In this document: in pieces, positions 47,604-61,409 of the stretch
How the letters are laid out: every line of letters starts with the position of its first letter
Numbering within the stretch: position 1 is the stretch's first letter
Source of the DNA: Octopus vulgaris
Lineage: Eukaryota
DNA length: 64,000 nt
Assembly (NCBI GenBank): GCA_951406725.2
Contig: OX597830.1
Coordinates: 46,500,001-46,564,000, forward strand
Direction of reading: 5' to 3'
Program-made: the position numbers and the translations under genes
The notes under the pieces: generated by a model
What the model was told of the DNA's origin: nothing
What the model saw: only the letters and a program-made list of their open reading frames with translations
Databases searched by the model: none

Positions 47604-50600
47604 TGTGTAGAGTGAGGGATGGGATGAGCAGCTGGGAAGATTCGGTTAGGGTAGGAAGAGACAGAGTGAGTGTGGGGGGAAATGTCTGGCAGGGTCTGAA
47701 ATAAAGGAAAGAAACGTGAGAGGAAGGAAGATTATGGAATAAAGTAAACAATGTGTTTGAAGAAGAGAGACGGCAAAGGCTGAACTAGAAAACAAACAAA
47801 AAGCGAACTATCAACATTTTCTCTCCTAAAATTAGCTGTTCCTCATGATCAATAGCAGAAAATTGTCATACAATGAGCGAGTCTGTACACAGTCGGACAA
47901 CTTGCTAGAAAGTTCTCCCACAAATCACATCCTACCGTCTTTATAAAGGAGGTTCCCTCGGAAAAGACAGGGTGATCACAAGTGGAGTACTAGATCGGGA
48001 AACACTTGGGGTTCAACAACAACCAACAAGATCGCCACAGCTGCCTGTCGAAGGCAGTTTTATCTGAACAACAAAAAGGCTGAAAACCTGCCAGAGACAC
48101 ACATATGTACCCATATCTCTTTGAACACATAAATACATCCAGTCACACTTCATCCAATATGTATGATTGCTCTAAGTATGTCAATCGATTCTTCAAGTGT
48201 CTTCAAATATCGAACATCCCGAAGCAGACGTAGGACAGACAAAGCTTACACGAACTTACAACTAACGGAATATATTTCTTTCTCTCTCACACACAAATAC
48301 AGATATATATAGACCTATTGATAATAATTATACGCATGTGAAATATATATTTAAAAAGAAAAAAAAGTAACTGTGGCAAAATGATTTATAGAATTTTCTA
48401 GACAGGATAAAGATGATTCATATAGTTTTTAAAAGGAGTAGGAAAACATACCTCAAAGATGAGTATATAACAGGATGGATCCATTGCTTTAGGTCGTGGT
48501 GGTGTGTGTGTGTGATCAATAATTTAAAAATAATATGCTATGGTATGCTTTCACATTTCCTCTTTACATTCATTATGTAATAATCTTTATTGTGATTGAA
48601 AGCTTGTCCCGAAAATCCGATAGATCTTTCTTTCTTTTTTTTTTAACAAGCAACAGAGCTGTGATTTATGTTATTGTCTTGAAGCAAGATGCATTAATCC
48701 ATTATAATCGGGTATTTCTCGGCAACCAGAACATATAGTTGTTGTTGTAATAAGAAACAGAAAAATAATACTATGATTCACTCAGTGATCACACCAACAC
48801 GTGCCCGTCTGTCTCGGAGACTTATAATAAAAAATCACCTCCAAAACAGTGGAAGAACACAAATAGGAGACGTGCTAATCAATCTTGTAACCTATCGATA
48901 CCAACTCAATCACTTCTGGTGCAAAAACATCGTCATCAATCATCGTTATTGTTACGATAGCCAATTATAATCAATAGAAAAAACTATTAATTAAACTGAA
49001 ATTATTCTGCTTGAGTTTGTTTGTTTTTTTTAAGAGCTAAAATGTAACATTTTGCAGGTATTTACCTGTGAAATATTGAAAAATGTTTAACGTTAACAGA
49101 AACAATTTTATTCAGAATATTAAACGTTCGATATTCAAATAATCTGTAGGTAAAAGCTTCTTTTTGTAGGACCAACTGGATGATCAGTTCTCTACCAATA
49201 ATGTCTTTGAAATACTCACCAGTGTCAAGGGTCTTGTGTACCTGGTGTAAGAATTTCTCTTATATCGATTCGTTTACGTCTCAGTTAAAAACGGGAAGGG
49301 AAGATCAGATATAAATATTTCTTACAAGATTATAATTTTTAATAGAGGAAAAATGTAGTTGATTGAACAGGGACTAATTTTGGCGACTTTGGAAGAACGA
49401 ATGGAAATTGTGCTCAAAACAAAACTAAAATATTGGTCAGATACTTCACCATTCCAGACCATTTGGATTGGAAGTTTGAATCTATTTATTATAATATAGT
49501 AATAAACATGGTTCAATAAAATTAAATAAATACTCTGAGATTTCTCCTCAGAAGAATCCTGTTTAAAATGTTAAATCTTTCTTCCTCTACCGTTCGAACG
49601 TTTTAGATTCCTCGGAGCAAACTTAAAAACATTCTATATAAGTCTACCCTGATTTACCCCGAATAGGGGTGGAGGGAAAACAACGAATGTCGATGTGTGT
49701 TAATTTAAAAACTGAATCTCAATTAGCCGGGCATTTCAGATTTGAAACGACAGAGAAAAAGAACTGTTTACATCTGCTACAAAATACAATAATATTAATT
49801 TTTTTTAGACCCAAAGGAAACCAGGCGAAGTACCGGACACATGTCCATACATTTCATCACAGTCAGAGCAACATTGATGACCCAATTGAGACACAACAGG
49901 GTCACCATGGTCACGATTCCTGACATCCACCCACCCTCGACACTACTTGTATTTAAACATCGTCTCAATCTTTTCAACAGGAAATACAATAAGAGACGGG
50001 CAATTATTTCATTACGAAACATTAGCAATGTTGTAAGAAATGAAATGATTTCCGATCGAGAATGGAAACTCTTGACATGATATTTGAAGAGGTGCTAATT
50101 ATTATTACAAAGAGACTTCGCCATCCTTTATGGCAGTCATAAATAAGACAAGAATAAGACAAATATTTTTCCTCCACATCACTCTAACGAAAACAAAGCA
50201 GAGTGAAGCACGATGTTACCATGTTTATGGAACAAGAAAGAGACAGGGAAATAAATGTCAACAGAAGGGAAATAAATGGCAGGCAGACAGAAAGATTTGT
50301 CTTGGGAACAAAAGACAACAAACAATTGTTGTATAACACTGAAATATGGTGATTCCTTAACTGTGTGTAAACACAATGAGAGACCAAGTCGGTCTTAATT
50401 CAGCAGACCTATGATCAACAGCACAGTACACCTAGGACTACAATATCCAATGTGTATTTCTTTTCTAATAAAATTTAAAGATAATTTCAGCTGCAGTTTC
50501 TAGCAAGTCGAGACACCACCTAGAGATTTCAAGTTGGTTTGATAGGTTTTAAAGACGGATGCAAAAGGAAGAAAGAGCTGATAGTTTCGTGTTTGTGGAT

Positions 50601-52789
50601 CCAGGAAAAGTGATGAAATACGAGGAGTTTATTACTGTAAGCTATGTGAGCATTATATTTTTTTATATATATTTATTATGAATGTATCTGGACGTCACCT
50701 GTGACTCCATTTAAGCCCACAACCACCTGGCCCGAGGGTGAGTGCCATTAGCGGACTCCACTGTTGCATGCTTTCGGGCTTCCGGATACTCGCCAAAAGG
50801 TCACGGCATTGACCTTCTTTCTCTGAAGTCATAACTATTTTATTTATTTTTTTTAAGTGACCTGACTGTCCATTAGTTCACACTTCTGTCAATTTAAATC
50901 CACTGATGATCTTTACGAAAATAATTCACCGATTTGTACCAATCGACCACTACTTTGTCACCATAACAAAGAACTACAAACCAACAAAGGTACCCCTACG
51001 AGTTCATTCGACTTGCTAGAAATACCAGCTAAATCTTCGGGCTTTCATAAAATAAAAAAGAAACATTGGATAATATAACCCTAGGATGACTGACAGGATA
51101 AAGAAAACAGAGAATTATCATGACTGGAACACCTTTCGTCAGAAATCTGCTCGAGCAAGGCCAAACATCAAATCAAAGAACTGATGCGAAGAGAATCAAC
51201 GTGGTCGCTTGATATGTTAAAAACAGCAGCAAAGCTCCCTCAAATTACAGACAACCGTCTTAAAATATGAAGGAAACGCGAGATCATTGATCGGGGTAAT
51301 GTAATATGGAGAGGGGGCTAAATTCTTTTTCGATGTACCAGAAATTCATCTGAATACTATTACGAACGATTTTAAGAGAAATACTGGCCATTGATTTGTC
51401 AACAAAAGAAGTCGGCTGGACGAACCACTGTCCTAGATAGAGTTTGACTGAATAAAACTGGATGTCTTCCACCTTTTAACCAACTCTATCAGGAATGAGC
51501 TGGGGGGGTTAAACAAAAACAAGCTTGACCCTTAAAAGAGATCCGTCGCTATTTGCAATGAAGAAATGAAAGGATAATTATATAAAGTAAACAGTTCACA
51601 TGAGGAATGTTCACAAAGAAATATGTTCAGTCTAGTATTGTACGTGTGTGTGTGTGTTCCTGGCCTTCCCCGGTGCAAATGGGAAGGCTAGACTAATTCG
51701 CTGAAATCAAGCCCCTAGCACCAAAAGCGAGTGTTATCGAATAAGGGATACATTAGTAGAGTACTAATGGCAATGTGTAGTGTGTGTGTGTGTGCGCACG
51801 TGCATTCTGATATAAAGGAATTAAAGTATAAACGAACAAATGAACGAGACTGGTGCATGGTGCGGCAGAAAAACCTCCCGTTCTTATTTCGGTCAATATT
51901 AAGATTAATGAAGTCAAGCAAGTACTAACAGTGTTTTCATGGAGCTAATTATGTTTTACCGTTTACCATTTGCTTATTCGTTTGTTATTTTTTTCCCCCC
52001 AGTTCCCATATCATGGTCTGGAGCGGTGCACTCCGTGCGTTTGCTGTAGAAGCGTTTGTCACTCAGGAAAATCTGGCAGGTTTTTATGCCTCTCACATTA
52101 TATTTGCTCTGAGACTAAAGGACCCGCTTTTTAATTTGCAGTGTGTGTTTGGGGATGAAGGGGAAATAATACAAACGAATATAAACCATGCGAATACGAT
52201 GCCTTCTTTTTTTTTCTTCTATATTTTGTGGATGGGAAGTGAGTGATCTCTTTAGATAAAACCCATACACCACATGTATGCAATCAGAGATATACGGGTA
52301 ATATCAACACTGTGTGTGTATGCATGTGTGTGCATTTAAAGATAAAGGAATGAAAGAAACGATGGCAAATTTTGCCAAGACACCTTTTGCTGGAGATGTG
52401 TTTACAGTGTAAGAGAGCAGCAACGTGTGTATCATCGTGTTTATATACAAGTAATGAATTAGGCAAATATATGTGAATAGTTGCCAGAGCATGGATGTAT
52501 ATATATTGTAGAGAAATGCAGGATTAAACAAGTTGAGAAAATACGAATTAAAACGGGTTAAAATCATTTGTGGAAAGTGAGCAGCACTTATTTGTGGTTG
52601 TGATCATAATGAGAAAATAGCGCGTACATGTGTGTGTGTGTGTTGGTAGACAATGAGGAAGAATGAGTGTGCATCTAATCTGAACATATCCGTTAAAAGC
52701 AGTACAAAATGTGTGTAGTATGGTAGAAAATAATTGTGTAGTATTGTTGGTCTAACGTGCTGTTGTTGATCGTCGTCAACTCACTGCTG

Positions 52790-53420
52790 ACTTCTCTCCA
52801 TAAACAGCCAACCTTTTACTCTCCATTTCACCATTTCTCTCTCTCTCTCTGTCTTTCATTTTCACGCTACTTCCTCCACTCGTTTCATTCCGATCTACAC
52901 TTGAAACTAACTCATCTTTCTTTGTCTCTTATCCATCGTTCATTTAATCATTTGGCTCTCGATTTTTGTCTCTATTCCTCTCTATATATATCAAACACTC
53001 TTCTCCTGTATCTCTATTTCTATACACAATCTCCCTCTGTCAATATGCTTCTCTCCTTCGCCAATGTCTATTCATAACTCCTACCTTCCACTTTACTTGC
53101 TCTTCCTCCACATCCCCCATTTCTGTCTATCTCTTCGATGCCCGAAACCCTCTGCTTCTTCTTCTTCTTACACCGATCGTTCTCTTATCTCTACCCCCTT
53201 CTTCGTCCTTTTATAAACCTCACCTTTCTCCATCTTTTACTCTCTCATCCTCTCTCACTTCCCTTGTCCTCTTTTTGTCCAGCTGCTGGTCTTTTACTCC
53301 TCTATCTCCATCTCTCTCCTCTTCTTTTCTCCTTCTCTCGAATTTTCTTTTATTTTATCATTCTCTTCCTGTCCATCTGTCTGTCTCTCTATCTCTCAGA
53401 ATCTACTTTATTCTGTCAAA
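52790..53420. repeat. CT-rich low-complexity tract
   Basis: Polypyrimidine sequence producing Leu/Ser/Phe pseudo-ORFs. Confidence 0.85.
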
Positions 53421-54199
53421 CTAGTCCAGACAGCCGTCAGTGAGGGAAATATATCAAATCACAAAATATTCGAAAATTCACGTGGGGTTTAATTTCAGTT
53501 AAATTAAGTTGGTACACAGACAAAAAGAAGGGAAAAAAAAACTGTTTCATTTCTTTTGTTAAGTCATTTAAAGATAGATTTGCGTGTTGATTGTAATAGT
53601 TGTCGATTGTTTTACTAAATATAATTACATTGAAATAAAAATAGATAAATGACAACGAAGATGAAACGATTTTCATCCTTAATAAACAAACATATAAAGA
53701 AATAGCGAATTGAGCGAAGTAATTACTTCTATATCCACCGAGCACCAGCTTAATTATATATACACACAGGAAATACTTTTATATAAAGCAATTCAGTGTG
53801 TTTCTAGCAATACTTGTACAAAACTACTGTATTTCTATCAAGTCACATCTGAAGCTTTATATTTCAGTCACACAATAATAATATTGTCCCTCACTCGATT
53901 GAAACCGTTGAGCTTCTCTTTAAGCCATGCTGGAGTTTCGCCACAGACACATTACACAGAGAAAACACAGTCTCAATATAACCTACCACACATCAATCAC
54001 TGTAGTATTATAGTATATATATATATATATATATATAAATACATAAATATACACACAAATAGATGGAAGACGGGGGGGGGAGAAATTGTGATAGACAAGA
54101 TAGACATTTGATCAACATGGATAGTAATTATTAGAATGATAATTGGGGGGAGAGAGAAAAGGCTATAAAATGGGAATCTGTGATAATTGTTTTCTTTTC

Positions 54200-55350
54200 A
54201 AACTTACCTAGGTTTCCAAGTTAAGAAATTAAACCAAATTAGGCGCGGGTATATTTTCTACAACACTTTAAAGTACAATCTCTCAACATCTTGCACCGTT
54301 CCTGCGTGTGTGTGTGTCTGTGTGTGTGAATGGCTTTATCTGTGTTTTTTTTTACTTTTTTGACTTTTCTCAACCTTCCGAAACCGGAGAGCGAAAGCAA
54401 CGAGCGATCTGATTGGTCCATTCACTTCTTCCCCTTTTCCGATTTCCAATAATAAAGGTTTTTCTTAATTATTGATTTCTATTTCTCATCGATACCACGA
54501 CGGCTCTATTATTTATCAGAGGAGGAGGAAAATAATATAAAGCAAGTTGTGATGTTCATGGCTTTCTCTTTGCAAACGGGCGAAGCACTCTAAGTGAAAG
54601 CGGTTCCAAGCTATGAAGAGTATTTGAAACCGGGTTGCGCATTGTTATTATTTTGAGGGATTTTTATTGTTCTTTTATGAATTTTTTTTATATCTAAGCT
54701 GATTTAAAAGCGAAATGGGGGAAACAAAACGAAAAATATGTTAGCTTATTTATTTATCATACGTATATTTTTCTGTTTTGTTTTATCAGAATAGGGAAAA
54801 TAAACGTAATCCTTAATTTTTTTGTTTTTGTATGATTGACACGTGTTGTTAGGACGGAATTTTGTCAATCACAACGCATCATCAGACACAACAAAACTAT
54901 TGCGTGTGCGTGGTTCTACGAAGACATTATGAAGACAAGCTTGGGGTGAAGTGAGCAAATGAAAGAAACCGACCAATGGCTATCGTCGACACAAATACGT
55001 CGCAAACGAAGAAGCCGTCATCTCAGACGGTTTTACTTCTTCACACAACCATACACATACACACATACATACAAGCACACATACACATACATAAACACAC
55101 TCAGAACCTAAAATTAACCAATCAGCTCGCCACAATTTCGATAGCCCGGATGTAGTAGGAATGATCTCGTGTGTTAGACTCGCGGGGTTTTTTTTAATAA
55201 AGAACGGGAGGGGGGGGGGCCTTTAAAAAAATCTTTATCTTTTAATTTCTTATGTCTGTCCTTGTTAGATACGTAAGACATTGCTTTAACTGACTGCTGG
55301 TTTATTTATTTTTTTCTCTCAAAACTGTCGGTTCGAGAGAGTAAGTGGAG
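54200..55350. promoter_or_regulatory. CpG-rich, probably bidirectional promoter region
   Basis: NF-Y-consensus boxes gaCCAATcag (minus, 54412-54416), gaCCAATgg (54973) and aaCCAATcag (55118); inverted TGATTGACA pair at 54833-54871; minus donor AG|GTAAGT at 54207 and plus donor GTAAGT at 55341. Confidence 0.55.
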
Positions 55351-56984
55351 CATAAAACCAAGACACTTACGGGATGGTTGGAGAATTCGTTGTTGAATAA
55401 AGTTGTTCAATACACCTGATCGATTTTGATGGTTGGCTTGCTTGCTTTGGTGCTGATTTCTTCCAAAACCGACAAGAACAGAAATCTTGAAAGTAGTTTA
55501 TATTATCGCGCAACAGAGGAGACATAAGTATCACTGCTAACCAGCTGCACAATAAATGTTTTTCAGTGACTAAATAAATGTTTGTTTGTTTTTTCGGGTA
55601 CTTAGCTAAGACGGTTTCAAATATTACTGGATGGAGTGTTAATTCACCATAGGTGCCCTTCATCTATCCAAATGAGCTAAAGATGCGGGGTAGGGGAACT
55701 TATAAGTGGTCGGTCATCTTATACCACTGTTGAATATGTCATATACTAGACATACAAACAAAAAGGAAAGTTGTAAGTATAAAACTAAATTTACCATGCG
55801 TAACCCGAGGACGGCGCTTGGCAGGAGGTAAACTAGATGATCGCCTAGGATGCTAAAATCTGTGGACAACAAAAAAAATTCAAAGTAACTTAGATAATAT
55901 TCTAACAAAAATCTTAAAAACTTAAATTATAATCGAGAACAGGTGAGATCACTCACAGAACAGAGGAGGCTGGATGATAGAGAGGGCTAAAGTGCGGATG
56001 CGAGAGGGCCTTTGTGATGTTTTAATGCCCTGACACAAGATTTGGCATAGTTTTGTCAGATAACAGATTTACTAGGTGATATGTATAATCGTAAAACAGT
56101 GTACGCAAATTAATTGTAGTTTTTCATTGCATTTTTCAGGAGGTGTATAGAGGGTGATAGCCAAAGAAAGGTGCGTATACTGTAGGGCTGAGAGGGTTAT
56201 GCACATTCAAAGGCGAGAAGAGGTCACACATTTAGAACTGTTCAACGGTGCAGAATACTTTCCCGCCGTTCCCGTCTAGGCCTTGTATGCTTTTATCAAA
56301 CACACTTAAGATACACGATATACCTTACTGTGATCCAGTCAAGGGCCACGTTGCGCATTCCGTCAAACAGCTTATCATAAGGGTACAAAGTAGAAGTCGA
56401 AGCAAATTATGGTTTCTCATTTCTCTAATTTGTTCCAGCAAGTTTCAGTTTTCCTACTGATATACACAGCAGACATTCTTGTTTATCCCCAATTTATCAG
56501 TTTTAATCAGGCTGACCTAAGATATAAAGAATTCCAGCAGTGATCATCCCGTCTTTTTTCCTTATATGTGGACTCCAGGAACCTCATTATCCAGTGTGTT
56601 CTTTTCAAAGATGGTAAAACACTCGTTGGATCGCAAGTCGCCAAACTCCACTAAAGCACGGCATATACTATTCTTCTGCAGTTAATTTCTGGTGCATTCC
56701 AGCAGCTTTTAGAAATGTATTTTGGCATTGGTAATTCTACTATTTTTGTATGCATGTGATTCTTATATTTGCTTGGTTTGAGTGCAAAGGACACTGTCCT
56801 AAATATGATATAAAAATATTCTGAAGTGATGTAAATGTGTATGAGTGTTTGAGGGTGAATAGACATGTTATGTCTAGGGCTATACTGGCTTTATTTTGCC
56901 GAACAAACAAATTCTACTCCTTGAATGCGGAGGGGAATTTTCATTTCGCATACCTTTGATTCACAGGGCAGATTGTCTGCAACT

Positions 56985-57620
56985 TTTTTCTTCTTAGCTC
57001 ATCTTCGCAAACAAAGACTTACAGGAAGGAATGTCCACGTCTGTTGCAGGGTTGCTGATGCCCAATGGACCCGATTCGGAACAGACAGACAGCACGGGAA
57101 GGTAGGCTGATCAACGCTGGCCGTAGTATCCTTGATTTCCTTCCTTTTTCTTTTGTCTGCAAGGATGATCCTGCAGGTGTCTTCAAAGGAGGGTGATGTC
57201 TGATGGATAGGCTTCATGGTCAGTGGCAAGAACAGCCCACTGGTGGTGACCAATGTGACAGGCGCCGTGAGAATTCTTTAGAGAGGTCCTTGTTCCTTTG
57301 TGTGTGTGTGTTCTTCTGTCACGGTGACCAGAAGAGAGCTCACTATACAGTGTGATCTGGTAAAATCGATGACCCTCTATCTTGGCGATGTGTCTGCGAG
57401 GAGTAGTTGTGTCTAGCAAAATTGCTTCGATGCTGGTGACCCTCACCTACTCTAGGACCTTAACTTTAGTGACAGTCATTCCAATGGTTGCTGAGGGTGA
57501 TGCGAAGGCAGCACTGATGGAATCGCTCAAGAAGTCGTAGGTGGTGTCGATAGATGACTAGATGACCAAGATGGTCTTACTCTTTGTCCTTGAGTAAGAG
57601 GTGGGTGACTCATCTGGAAC
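56985..57620 (-). mobile_element. RTE (BovB-like) LINE C-terminal fragment, distinct family
   Basis: TSIEAILL..RHIAKIEGHR..LYSELSSGHRDR..LKNS; QWAVLATD; DKRKRK..TFPC C-terminal finger remnant; A-rich tail. Confidence 0.8.
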
Positions 57621-59129
57621 GTCACAGTCTGTGGCTCCTTTGCTTCCTCCTACATTCTGGATGCTGCGGTAAATGGGTGGATCACTGCTTCCACAACCGA
57701 ACGGAAGTAAATCCTTGAGTATCAAGCCCTCTCAGTAAACTGTCTCTTCCAGCCTGAGACATTTGGAAGGGCTAGGCCGCTAACAGCGAAATTCTTGTCA
57801 TCGTTGGCGGTACACCTTTCCGAGGTGTCAGGTGATACTCGTGAAGGTGCTTGGCTGTTCTAACGCCTTAGCCTCGCCATCCCCTGTGATAATGCCATGA
57901 GCGTGTTGGCTTGCTTCAGTAGGTTTCACTGAATCTTGTAGGTGTGCGTCTTAGAGTTGAATTCATATTTTTCTTTCCCCTTTTCCTTCTTTCTTCTTGC
58001 TTTTTTCTCTTTTTTCGCTCATGTTTGTATTTTTTCCGGCTTTGGATTCGCATTTTAATGTGGTCTTGTATTATATATGAGTCATATACATGTGTGTTAT
58101 GTATGTAATTACTAAATTAAAATCTTACACATTAGATAATCCGCCAGGCTCACTTGACACGATACGTCTAACATAAGTTTTAACCACACGACCAATTAAG
58201 AGGGATACAGGGTATTTTAATTTCTTTTTTGTTGTGTAATTTGAATTTTGTGAAAAGCATGAATGTGACACATTTTCATTAACTTCGCCAATAAATTTAA
58301 ATTCCTTAAACAGATTCTGCAAGTAATTTGGAGAAACATAAATTTCTGCCGAAGGTAAATCAGTCAAGGGGAGAGAACCCTTGTAGAATCTCTTCGAAAT
58401 ATTTTTTTTTCAAGACCATCAAAATCAAGAAAGTTGAGGCTACGAGGGAAGCCTCTTCTTGCTCATTATTACGACATTGAATTAATCTCTTAATCATTTG
58501 TAACAATGCTTTATACGTTGTTGTTGTGTGTTGCTGGACTAGGGATGGTTTCATACTCTCTTTCTAGAAAGAAAGAAAAATAAATATAGACTTAGAGCAA
58601 ACAAAACAATTTTGAATTACGAAGTTTTTTGAGAATTTTCCTTTTCTTTCCGTTTTTGATTGAAATAAAAAAAATCTCAATTTTAAATTATCCTTACAAA
58701 TGAAATGAATAAACTTACAAAGGCAGAGTCTCTAAAACAACACTCGCTTTTCATGCCTAGTGGTAATATGGTCAACAAAATTCACATCTGATGAGTGTGT
58801 TACCTATCTTACTTGGCACAAGACAACGCATTCGGAAGAAGAAGTTTATTGAATTAAATCGACACAGAGGTTTTGAATTATCGACCACAGAAAGATAAAT
58901 GGCTATATTCTCAGCAGTGTTTCAACTAAACTATTCTACTATTAATTTTGAAATTATCACATATACGCGCTCACAAGTACGGAGTAAAATTAACATAATC
59001 CCCAGAAACAAACATTTTCCCATTATAAAACTATGTGTTATAATTTTGCCAATGTTCCAAAGGGATTAAACATTTAAATACAAACTTACTTTTTAAAGAA
59101 TGTATGAAAATGTATACCCTCGTAGAGAC

Positions 59130-60184
59130 TGTAGCGTGGCTGATATCCTCACTGTCTGAGAGCTAGATTAGAAATGATCTCGTGTTAGATAATAACCATC
59201 TTCGGCTATTTTGACCCTGTTGTGTCCACTGTTCTGATTGGTTGGCACTGGCGCAGTTTGTCTCTCGACTTATTTTGCGCCAGTGTGTAAGCCAACCATT
59301 CACAGCCTTCGGATAAGATCCCGTGACACTGTTTTTCTTATGCTTTGTTTGAGCCACCTAAACCCTTTAAAAAGGTGAGATCAACAGACTATTATCTGTC
59401 TTTGGTCCGAGACTTCTGACCACAGAGCTACTCAACTATGTTCCAGCAACACCGGTCTTTGGTTCCAGTCCTTTCCAGGACTAACCTCTGACCACAGAGC
59501 TACTCAGCCAATTCCAGTTCCAGCGACAGACGACCAGACCAGCCAGTCATGACGACGCTAACATACACCAGCCACTCAGGTCTGTTCTCCACTGTTGCCC
59601 TCATCTCAATGTCTCCATCTCCATCAACTTCAACGATACATACACAGCACTCGCTCAGGTTCAAACTCCACGCCGAGGTAAACAGCTTAGCTCAACCTGC
59701 GAGAATTTCCTGTGTCAAGAGACCTGGCACAGCATTAAAGCACAACCGCTACACAACATGTGTTCAACCGGCATTCTGCCTTATGACCCCAACATCCTCT
59801 TATAGAATGAACCGTCATTATGTACCTTACTTCGAACTGGTAAACTAACTCCATCTTGTCTGCATATACTGAGAGACTCTTTTCTTCTATGCTCTGTATT
59901 GTATTCTGTTTCATATGCATACACCTTTGTTTGTACTTCTGTTGCACAGACAAATACACAGACACAAACACTTGTCGCATGCACTCAGACACTACACTTT
60001 GCTAGCACCCATACTTTATCTTATTGTACACATTTGTAAATAAAGTCTTCTTCTCTCAAACCGTAGAACGGTTGTCATCCTCATTATTCCCTTTGGCACT
60101 GTATTCTTTATCTCATGTATTTTGGCTTTATATTTTGTTAGGGCGACCGTCACCAACTCCTTACGTATGGTCATATTCCCTACA
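59130..60184 (+). mobile_element. Solo LTR (1055 bp), Gypsy-like by its 4-bp TSD
   Basis: TGTAG...CTACA termini; TSD AGAC at 59126-59129 and 60185-60188; ATTGG at 59237, TTTAAAAA at 59366, AATAAA at 60039. Confidence 0.8.
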
Positions 60185-60851
60185 AGACCATTATGTCTGG
60201 GAAGAAAAACAGAATGGTCACAGTTGGGACGTCTTTGATCATATCTGTTCAATCAGATCGAATTTGAGACTAAACAACAGGTGACGAAGGGAACGAGAGA
60301 GCCTTTACCTGGGCGCTCAAGTTGCTAGAAAGAGCAACCAAATCTTCCTGACAGAATGAAAAATGAAATTTCCATCTTCAAGAAAAAAAAAATTCAAGTT
60401 TATATTATTTTATAATGTTCACTTAGGAATTCATTACTTCTAGAAAAGAATAAGACAAAATGGTCATGGCTGGAACACCTTTTCTTACAGATCCCTTACA
60501 ATCAGAGCTATCCTGTGGTTAAAACAATATTCTTCACTGAATGATGAAGCCGCTAAAGTTAAAGAAAAGTTGAAAGAATAAAAGATAACAAGAATCCATA
60601 TTCCAAATATTGGGATTCCCTTGACTAGAGTAATTTATTCAGATTTTCGTATGAAATAAATAGAAAATGTTATGGGAACTCGGTACATATTATGGCTAAT
60701 ATCCAGTGCTGTACGAGAGTAGTTTCACGGATCTTACAGATTTTTTGATTAATTTTTTTTAAACTAAACAGTTTGAAATTTCAGATATTGGTTGTATATA
60801 CCAAATATTTACTTTGAAAAATAAATTAGTTAACACATTAGTTAAACACGT

Positions 60852-61409
60852 CTCCATTCAAGTATCTCAACAATCTCGCTAGATCTACCTTTCAATGTGC
60901 CTACATTGAGAGTTGGCACTATTGATGTAGGCACATTGAAAAGTTGGTCTGGTGAGATTTTAAGCTGCTTGAAAGGAGGTGTTTTGATCATTGTCACTCA
61001 TCTTTGAGGTAGCCTGCAGAAGAATATCATTAAAGTGGTCCTTCTGTTCATTTGGTAGGCCCGCTGTTCTGTAAGACTAACCTTAGCTTAAGTACTCTAT
61101 CACCCACTCTGACTACCTCTATGACCTTATCCACCCATTTCTCTGCAAGAAGTATGCCCATGCCACCTCTCCCATCACTGTTACCTTCTTAGAAGAGTTT
61201 CTACTTATATATTTTGCCTGTAAGGAACCTGGCTGAAGCTCCTCTCCACCTTACCTCTGGGATGCAACATACATCAAAACACCTCCTTTCAAGCAGCTTA
61301 AAATCTCACCAGACCAACTTTTCAATGTGCCTACATCAATAGTGCCTACTCTCAATGTAGGCACATTGAAAGGTAGATCTAGCGAGATTGTTGAGATACT
61401 TGAACGGAG
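60852..61409. repeat. 137-bp inverted duplication (arms 60852-60988 and 61273-61409) around an inverted RTE endonuclease fragment
   Basis: Arms compared by eye: 135/137 identical. The spacer reads on minus as LERRCFDVCCIPEVRWRG..GGMGILLAEKWVDKVIEVVRVGDRVLKLRLVL. Confidence 0.93.

Noticed and set aside
50895-50940. Hammerhead candidate CTGATGA-tcttta-CGAAA
   Set aside because: No G-C closing pair for helix II and helix I is out of register; likely chance.
52757-53443. Hydrophobic ORFs resembling membrane proteins
   Set aside because: CT-rich low-complexity tract.
58785-58840. Hammerhead candidate CTGATGAGTGTGTT...AACGCATTCGGAA
   Set aside because: GAAA box is absent and no helix III or cleavage triplet could be found.
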